DNA of 58,163 bases from Aplysia californica (lineage: Eukaryota): positions 702,309-760,471 of the forward strand of contig NW_004797505.1 of assembly GCF_000002075.1 (NCBI RefSeq), given 5' to 3'. Shown in pieces: positions 50,121 through 58,163 of this stretch. Both the position numbers and the translations under genes were made by a program. The notes beneath the pieces are model-generated. The model made no database searches. It was not told where the DNA came from and saw only the letters and a program-made list of their open reading frames with translations. The number at the start of each line of letters is the position of its first letter. Positions within the stretch are counted from its first letter, which is position 1.

Positions 50121-50322
50121 GTTTGTCTGTCATCTCACCTTTTGTAACATTTGTCTGTCATCTCACCATTTGTTACATTTGTCTGTCGTCTTACCTTTTG
50201 TTACATTTGTCTGTGTTCTCACCTTTTGTAACTTTTGTCTGTCGTCTTACCTTTTGTAACATTTGTCTGTCATCTCACCTTTTGTTACATTTGTATGTCA
50301 TCTTACTTTTTGTAACATTTGT
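50121..50322. repeat. 28-bp tandem repeat, about 7 copies
   Basis: Unit TTTGTCTGTCATCTCACCTTTTGTAACA. Confidence 0.88.
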
Positions 50323-51149
50323 GAGGCATATATATAATAAGGGGTTGAGATGCAAAACCCTCCAAGTGACATATATCGGAAAAAAATGAGTTTTTCGTCA
50401 AAATTGGAAATTGCTTTCAATTATCAAATGCACAAAGTGTTTTTGGCCAAAACCCAACCCATCCTTCACAAAAGCCACCAAAAAAATCTCGGTAGATTTG
50501 TGTTTGTCTGTGTCAGGGCATTTGAGACTACCCGGTACTTAAGTCCCTTTCAACACAATGTCGCTAAAGAAGCTACTTTACAATTGCTGGAAGTTTAAGA
50601 GAAAAAAAATGAACCCTCCAGCTGAATGTAGGATTCGAACCTATGGTGAACTTGGGAGAGGGCCTTTCATACTCACTCCAGATGAGAAATAACGTGTGCC
50701 GTGTTGCCCCCCGAATGCTAGCTCAGCCAGATGTCAAGGACATGTGGTTACTTGACGGAGGCATTGCGCTGCCAAGAGAAAAATGCTCCAAGCTAAAGGG
50801 ATTTGAAAACAACAACCACAAGAGAAAGCATTGAACAGGTGGGTCAGTTTCTGCACTGCCCAGTCACAAAGTCCTTCATTTGTCTCCAGTGGGGTTGGAT
50901 CAGGTCCCATTGCTTTGCCTACATCTTTTGAGTGGCTTTTTCTACTTGTACCCGTCAGAATTTGTGAATGTAAGTTTGGAAAGTTTTTCAATAAACTGAG
51001 AATTAAATATTGGCAAAAGTATGATCTTATTCGGGTCTTTATCAATTTTATTCGTAGTTTGGTAATGACATAAACAGGTTGCTACAAGAGCCCCCGGCCG
51101 TCAAACATCTAACTAGGATAAATTATTCAGAATATGGGATTGTGAGGGG

Positions 51150-51686
51150 AAAACCAGCAATGTCATTTTTTCTCATATGACTTCACGATAAAAATCGCAA
51201 AAACACTGCAGCACTTTAAAGACTCTGCTCAACATGGGTTTCATGATTACTGCTACAATACATTCATCAATTTGAGGATTGTAAGAAAAAGGTATTCATT
51301 AGGAGAGTCTGACAAATCAGCGCAAGAAGGGTATTGCTCCACTAGGAAAAAAGCAAAGCAATCGTTTTCAACACGCCTCTTGCCCATTCAATGCCTTTTG
51401 TGTGAAAAGACTATCGAATAGACACATGACAGCAAGGGAATCAAGAAAGTTCATAAACTTGCTAAATATGTTACCAAAACAGCTGAAGCCTCTATAAAAG
51501 AAGCTGTAAACAAGAAATCTGACCCAAAACTTCGGGGCCACATTGAACATGTTGTTCTCATTGCCCAAGAGGCATGGTATCATGAACCATGTAGAAAAGC
51601 TTACACACGTAAGGAGGATCGACGTTCACAAGCTTTAACATCTAAATACATGTACTGTTCTGGAGAAGAAAAGGCAGAAGCTGAAG
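51150..51686 (+). pseudogene. Decayed N-terminal fragment of an Academ-like transposase; continues at 56512-56603 after Gypsy 3
   Basis: HGFHDYCYNTFIN and LIAQEAWYHEPCRKAYTRK motifs; the frame resumes as EEEAHSMAFQYVCQFVE when the LTR element is removed. Family call from recalled motifs. Confidence 0.5.
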
Positions 51687-54600
51687 TGTAATGTTAGTAT
51701 ACACACACGACTGTAAACTGGAGAGACGAACACACACGACACCAAGCAATCTAATAATGAGCCCGGGTGTAGTGTCTTTTTATGTTGATCCCCGAAGTGA
51801 GTAACATTAAAAGTAAAAGCCCATGGCATACGGGGCGCTTACGTGGATTAAGAAAGAGTAAGGTACAATACTGTGACTACAGTGACATCTCCCCTTTTAA
51901 TATTTAAGAAAAAGGAAAACCTCAAAATGGATTAAAGATGATTGGTTTCGAGTCTCTCAAAGGGGAATGTTCTAACTTTAACAAAATTCACACACAGAGT
52001 TCAATTGTCTTTGAAGCGTCGGGGCTTGCACTTGAGTACCTGGTAAAACATTTCAATAAAGTTCTTTGGTACTTCAGAATTACCACATTTCAAATTGTCT
52101 TTGTCACATTCATAGAACTGCATAGCGTCCAGATAACGAAACTAAGAAAATAAATTACCTCGAACAGGTAGGTCTACACAACTGTTGGGTAATCAGCTAA
52201 GAATAAACACACACAAAAAGTAAAACCAGTAATCGAAAGGATACGACTGGGTCGCAAGAACATCAGTCCGGGTAACGAACGGGTCTCCTGATCACTCGTC
52301 CACTTCGGGTAGTTATTGGAGCAGGACTGGCTGGAGCGGCAGCTGGCTGAGGGGATGGTGGTGTGACATCAGGCTCCACCGGCTGGACAGCTGGTGGCGG
52401 AGGTAAGGGAACGAACATTGGAGTAGGCTCTGGGGTGGCAACAGGTGAAGAAGGCATGGAAGGAGGGTCGACGTAGGGCTTCAGGTGTTTGCGGTTCCGG
52501 CGGTAAGCCCTATCCCCTGACTGTATGATGTAAGACCTCGGTGCACGCCCTATCCCCTGACTGTATGATGTAAGATCTCGGTGCACACCGTTCTTTGACC
52601 ACCGCAGGGCCACCCCACTCCTTCTCGTTCTCCAGCTTCTGCAGGACGAGCTGACCAGGATTCAGCTCCGGGAGGTTCTGGGCTCCGTGACGTCTGTCAA
52701 AAGCTTGTTTGTACTTACGCTTCGACTCAGCGTCTCTGACTGCAATCTTCGCCCTGTCGTAGACCTGCTGGTTCAGGTTTGACGGTAGGATTGGCAGGGT
52801 CGTCCTCAGGCGTCGCCCAAGAGCAAGTTCCGCTGGGATCGCCCTCGTCGGTGACACCGGTGTAGACCTGTAGATCAAGAGTGCGAGAAATGGGTCGTGC
52901 TGACTCAGGGCTTTCTTCGCTTCCTCGGCTGCTCTCTCCGACCCGCCGTTGCTCTGGGGAAAATGAGGACTGCTGGTCGTGTGTTTAACCCCCAGCCCTT
53001 GGCGAACTTGTGGAAACGGTCTGACACAAACTGGGGACCGTTGTCAGTCACCAGTAGTTCTGGAATGCCAAACCGAGCGAAGATGTTTTTTAGTTTGTAC
53101 ACAACAGTCTCTGAGGTGGTGTCTGGCATGTAGGCCACCTCCAAGTACCGTGAAAAGTAGTCCACGAGAACCAGGTAGCCATGTCCCTTGTAGTTGCAGA
53201 AGTCAGCACCAACCATCTGGAACGGCCGCTCAGGTAGAGCTATCGGGGTTAGAGGTTCGCTTGGTTGTGCTGGACGTTTCCGCTGGCAATGTTCGCATCT
53301 TGAGACGACTTCCCGTATCTCAGAGCTGAGACCAGGCCACCAAATGGAAGATTTGGCCCGTTCTCGACACTTCGACACTCCGAGGTGACCGTCGTGGATC
53401 CTGCTGAGCATCTCTCCTCGCATTGCCTTTGGGATTACGATGCGGTTACCTCTGGCGAGTAGTCCATGGACTTCGCTCAGTTCACTGGAAACTGCGTAGA
53501 GGTCGCGAGCTTCGGACCTGACGTTTTGTATGAATTTCGGCCAACAGCTTCTTGTGTACTGTATCGCAGCACTGATCGCTGGATCCTGTTGAGACTTGTT
53601 TTTGATTTCATCAAGTTTGCTATCTGTGGCATCCCATGACATCTGGATTGTAGCGACATGAGCCTCGATCTTTTCACCAAATTCTTCAGGCTTGGTGCTC
53701 ACTACTGGACTTCGGGACAAGGAGTCTGCGACAGTCATGTTTTTCCCTTGGGTGTATACTGCTTTTCCGCTGTAGCGCATCATCCTCATCAGCATTCGTT
53801 GGCAGCGGACAGGTGCATCATTCAGTTCCTTAGAATTGATCAGGGGAACAATGGGCTTGTGGTCGGTGAGCAGTGTGAATGACGGCAGCCCGATGAAGTA
53901 GCGATCGAACTTTTCGCACGCCCATGTGGCCGCCAACAGTTCCTTTTCAATCTGAGCGTAGTTCTTTTTCGGCCCTAGATATAGTTCTGGAACAGTAGGC
54001 CACTGGCTGAAGAACTCCTCCAGTCCGTAGCTGCTTGCATCGGCGCTTACAATGACAGGCTTCCTCATGTCGAAGAAGGCGAGTGTTGGAGCCGACGACA
54101 GCAACTTCTTGACTTCAGGGAAGGCAGATGACTGCGCTGGAGTCCACGCCCACTCAGCATCGTGATTCGGAAGATCGGTGAGCGGCTTCATGACTGTTGA
54201 CAGATTTGGCACAAAGCTGCCCAAATAGTTCACCATGCCGAGCACTCGTCGTAAGTCTGTAATGTTCTCAGGCTCTGGCATCTCAGTGATGGCGCTGACC
54301 TTGGATGGGTCTGGCCTTACACCCTTCCCGCTGATGATGTGGCCAAGAAAATCGATTTCGTCCTTGTCAAACTTGCACTTGGATTTGTTCAACTTGACCC
54401 CACGCTCCTTTAGCCGCTGGAAGACTTTCTTCTTCAGCTTATCATGTTTCTCCTGACCATCCGTGTGCAGGAAGATATCGTCCATAAAGCACTCAACACC
54501 GTCTATGCTCGCTAGAATGTCTTGCATCGCGCGCTGAAATATCTCAGGCGTAGAGGTGATTCCAAAGCAGAGACGTCTGTAGAAGTGCCGACCGAACGGT

Positions 54601-56506
54601 GTAATGAAAGTGGTCAGCTTCGCGGAGTCGTCGTCCAGTGCCAACTGCCAAAAGGATGAAGTTGCAACAAGCTTGCTGAACTTGTTGGATCCGCTGAGTT
54701 TGTACAAGATGTCGTCTATGGTGGGCAGCATGAATCGTTCACGCTTCACCGATAGGTTGAGCTTTTTTCTTCAGATTTGTGCAGATTCTAACGCTACCAG
54801 ACCTTTTTCTGACCGGGACCATGGGCGCGTACCAGTCAGTAGGAGGGCTGATCTTCTCAATGACACCTGTGACCTCCATGCGGTCTAGTTCAGCCTTGAC
54901 TTCGTCCACGAGTGGAATGGGAATCCGACGTGCGACGTTAACGGAGTGTGTCTGTGCATCTTCTTTCAAGATGATTTTCACTGGCTCGCAGCGTATAGGT
55001 TTAGGTCCCTCATCGCCGAACACGAGGTTGGCAGAGTCTATTCTGTCTCGAGAAATCAGTCCCAGACGAACTGCGGCGTCACGACTGAGAAGACAGTCGG
55101 TGTCGTCGTCAAGGACGAAAACACAGAACGCAAAGTTGCGATTGTTGTGCTGCGTAGTTGCGATAAATTCTCCCACGCTCCTTATGACTCCACCAGGACT
55201 GCGAAGAACTGCAGATGTTGTTTTCAGCTTTGGACGAGGACTGAGACGGTTGTAGACGGCCTTCGACATTATCGAAACATCGGTCCCTGTGTCTATCTTG
55301 AAGGATGTAGCTCTCCCTCCAAGGTTCAGTGTAACGCGCCATGGTGGCTCGCTAACTTCGCCGAAGTTAACATCGGTAACGACATTACTGTCCACGTCTT
55401 TGTCAACAGCACCTAAAAAGAACGAAGGAGTTTCCGATTCAGTGATTTCGTTGACATCGCGGCTGCTGCTGCGACAGACTGTTGCGAAATGATTGCGCTT
55501 GCCGCATTTTCTGCAAGTTTTCCCACGCGCTGGGCAATTGTTTTGGGCATGACCTCTTCCGCAGTTGCTGCAGTTAGAGAAAGTTGACGGTGATGCATGG
55601 CTGCCTCTGTGTTGTGAGTGTATACCTGTTCTTTGGTCGCCTCTACCCCTGGGATGAGCAGGCGACGAATATCCCCTCTGGCCGTAGCGCACTGCATCTA
55701 CTGTGACTGCTGCACCTAGCTGACGTTGGCTACTGACCTGGCCCTTTACGAGCTCGAAATGGCGTGCTGTTTCGATGGCTGATTTCAAAGTAAGAGTTGC
55801 CTCGAGTTGTAAGCGCTATGACAGTTCATTGTCCAGTACTCCTAGGACGATTCTATCCCTTATGGTTCCATCTCGGTCCTTAAAGTCTGCATGTTCTGAA
55901 AGCTCGTACAGGGCTCTAACATATTCTTCTATTGTCTCCCCACTGTTTTGTGCTCGTGCATGAAACTTTGCTCTTTCGTGGATAAGATTCCGCTTTGGGA
56001 CAAAGTGAGCGTCGAAATTCTCTAAGACAGTGACAAAGTTGTCCCTAGGATCGTTACCTTCGACGGGAGCAGGGAACGTGAACGTGTTAAATATCTGTTC
56101 AGCTTGGCGTCCCATAGCGTAAATTAATTAACTTACCTGAATTGCTCCGATCTCTGCGTTCAGTTTGGTGGCTGTGCGGTATCGTAGCATACGCTGTTGC
56201 CACTCGGGCCACTCGTGAGGTTTGGAAAAATCAAACGGTTCAAGAGGCTTGAAATGAGGCATTCTGACACTTGTGACACGTTATCCACTGACTTCTGACA
56301 CCATGTAATGTTAGTATACACACACGACTGTAAACTGGAGAGACGAACACACACGACACCAAGCAATCTAATAATGAGCCCGGGAGTAGTGTATGACTTT
56401 TTATGTTGATCTCCGAAGTGAGTAACATTAACCAAAAGCCCATAGCATTCGGGGCGCTTACGGGGATTAAGAAAGAGTAAGGTACAATACTGTGACTACC
56501 GTGACA
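51687..56506 (-). mobile_element. Ty3/Gypsy (Mag-like) LTR retrotransposon 3, near full length, frameshifted
   Basis: LTRs 51687-51887 and 56304-56506 (TG..CA); perfect 5-bp TSD TGAAG; PBS TGGTGTCAGAAGT at 56291-56303; PPT at 51888-51898; gag with twin CCHC, protease IDTG, RT FMDD, RNase H DASSYG/YAQIEKE, integrase H-H-C-C and LVTDNGPQF. Confidence 0.96.
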
Positions 56507-56594
56507 TGAAGAAAAAAAGAAAGCTCAAGCTGCAGAGGAAGAAGCCCACTCCATGGCTTTTCAGTACGTCTGTCAGTTTGTGGAAAAACAAAAG

Positions 56595-57225
56595 AATAAA
56601 TAACACATCTAGTGGAGAGGATTTGTAAAAATAGAAACTAACCACAACTAGTGAAGACATTTGGAAATAAAAGAAAATGAAATAAGTAACACATCTCGTG
56701 GAGACGGTTGGTAAAGAAAAAGAAATAAAAATATTTTGGGGAAGTGTTTTCTTCTTTATTTTTTAATTATAAAAAAAAAAAAATACACTGACAGCTAATG
56801 AAGAGTAATGGAGCCAATAGAGCCAGTTTGATTGCAAGGTGTATAGTAAAAAAGCGATGGCATAACATTGTATTCTGTCTTTGTTGTACAGTTCAAGGGA
56901 ACTAATTCATGTTTTATTTTAACCGTATTTAGTAGACTCTTGTAGGCATTGCTGTTTCCCTTTAACGACAACACTCTTCCTGGCTGGGAATATTTTTTTT
57001 TACAACTGTCACCACAAGTAGAAGATGTGTTATTTATTATTTTTTATTATTTGTTTGTTTCCACTGTTTCGGCGAGATGACTAGATGTGTTAGTTATTTA
57101 ATTATTTCGGGGGGGGGGGGGGGGGGGGGTTAACAACTGTCTCCACTAGACTAGATGTGTTACTTTTTAAAGAACAATTTTATATGAACTGTCTCCACTA
57201 TATTAGATCTATGTGTGTTATTTAG
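56595..57225. repeat. Foldback-like region with inverted copies of TAACACATCTAGTGGAGA
   Basis: Forward copies near 56600 and 56690; reverse copies near 57010-57030, 57065-57090, 57140-57160 and 57190-57220. Confidence 0.5.
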
Positions 57226-58121
57226 TTTATTTTTTTGAAAATGTGTTAGTGAAAAATAATTCCCCCCCCAACCGCCCCTGGTGAGTGTGTGGGTGTTCTC
57301 AATTTGAAGTATCGTGCTATAGTTCTCCTTGCTCACCATGGGGAGGGAGGACTAGGACTTCAAACAGGGCACATGTATCTACTTATCATTTGAAGTTGGA
57401 TATCACTGATTAAAATGGGATAAAAATCAGGACAATTTCATTCTTGCAAATTGGATTTCTTTTATGTCATGTCGTCTACACTCTCTTTCTACTGATGCAA
57501 AGACTAAGTCTTCATAGAGTATGGAGGGGGTTAAGACTGGCTTAATGATTTAATATATTAATTCGTTATTGTCGCAAAATGAGCAATTAATTGTAGGCTG
57601 GGACACTGTAAATCACTCATTGTATGGGTCCTATGCGCACACCAAAAGAGCGCTGTTTGATATCGGGCACAAAATCATATACTGACAACATTTTTTTTTT
57701 AGATTATCTGGCTCGTTTAAAGGTAAACAATCCCAAAAATCCCTATGAGTACATTTCACATGACAAAAAAATCAACATCAAAAGACTTGTCAGATTATCA
57801 TCAATCCCTGACAGAAAAGTGTTGCTGAGCACCGACTAGCCTTTTCTTCCTCTCCAGAACGGCGGCGCTCCCTCAAGTCTGAAACTCCTGACGTCACATC
57901 TCACAGCTCTAGTTCTATTATAACCTCTTTGGTTGTGTAACCAAAGATTCTCTACTACCAAAGATCCAAAGATCGTGTATACCAAGATGGTTCAATCGCC
58001 CTATCTCCTGTCGCGCGAGACTTGGGCATGACCTTGTGTTAGCGCATGACGGCCTGTGATATACGAGTGTAAACAAACGTTCCGGTGATCTAGAGTAGAA
58101 CGTGTGCAGTTTTTGCCTGCG

Positions 58122-58124
<3 letters not shown>

Positions 58125-58161
<37 letters not shown>
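58125..58161. repeat. (GA)n microsatellite
   Basis: Direct reading of the sequence. Confidence 0.95.

Positions 58162-58163
<2 letters not shown>

Overview
Gapped, repeat-rich eukaryotic (invertebrate metazoan, plausibly molluscan - inference) genomic DNA; no prokaryotic system or CRISPR. Three spliced host genes can be reconstructed with consistent GT-AG phases: a secreted two-domain Kazal protease inhibitor with a Pro-rich tail (+, 2396-3444), heparan-sulfate 6-O-sulfotransferase HS6ST (-, 3 coding exons, 437 aa) and, divergent from it, TCTEX1D2/DYNLT2B (+, 5 exons, 149 aa; exon 2 appears twice across a 100-N gap). There is one tRNA-Asp(GTC). The rest comprises three decayed Mag-like Ty3/Gypsy elements (all minus strand, tRNA-Leu-type PBS), two Academ-like transposase remnants, many nested non-autonomous DNA transposons with readable TIRs/TSDs, SINE-like repeats and many minisatellites. 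Most unusual signals: (1) strong enrichment of TA-NNNN-TA palindromes (TAGATCTA, TAGGCCTA, TACATGTA), with a paralogue comparison showing one as a 6-nt indel at a TA, consistent with dense transposon excision footprints; (2) minisatellites whose unit contains an exon end plus its 5' splice site, creating arrays of decoy donors in TCTEX1D2; (3) a Kazal domain that has lost the Cys II-IV pair; (4) MULE-like elements with perfect 9-bp TSDs but non-matching outer termini. All counts and alignments were done by eye.
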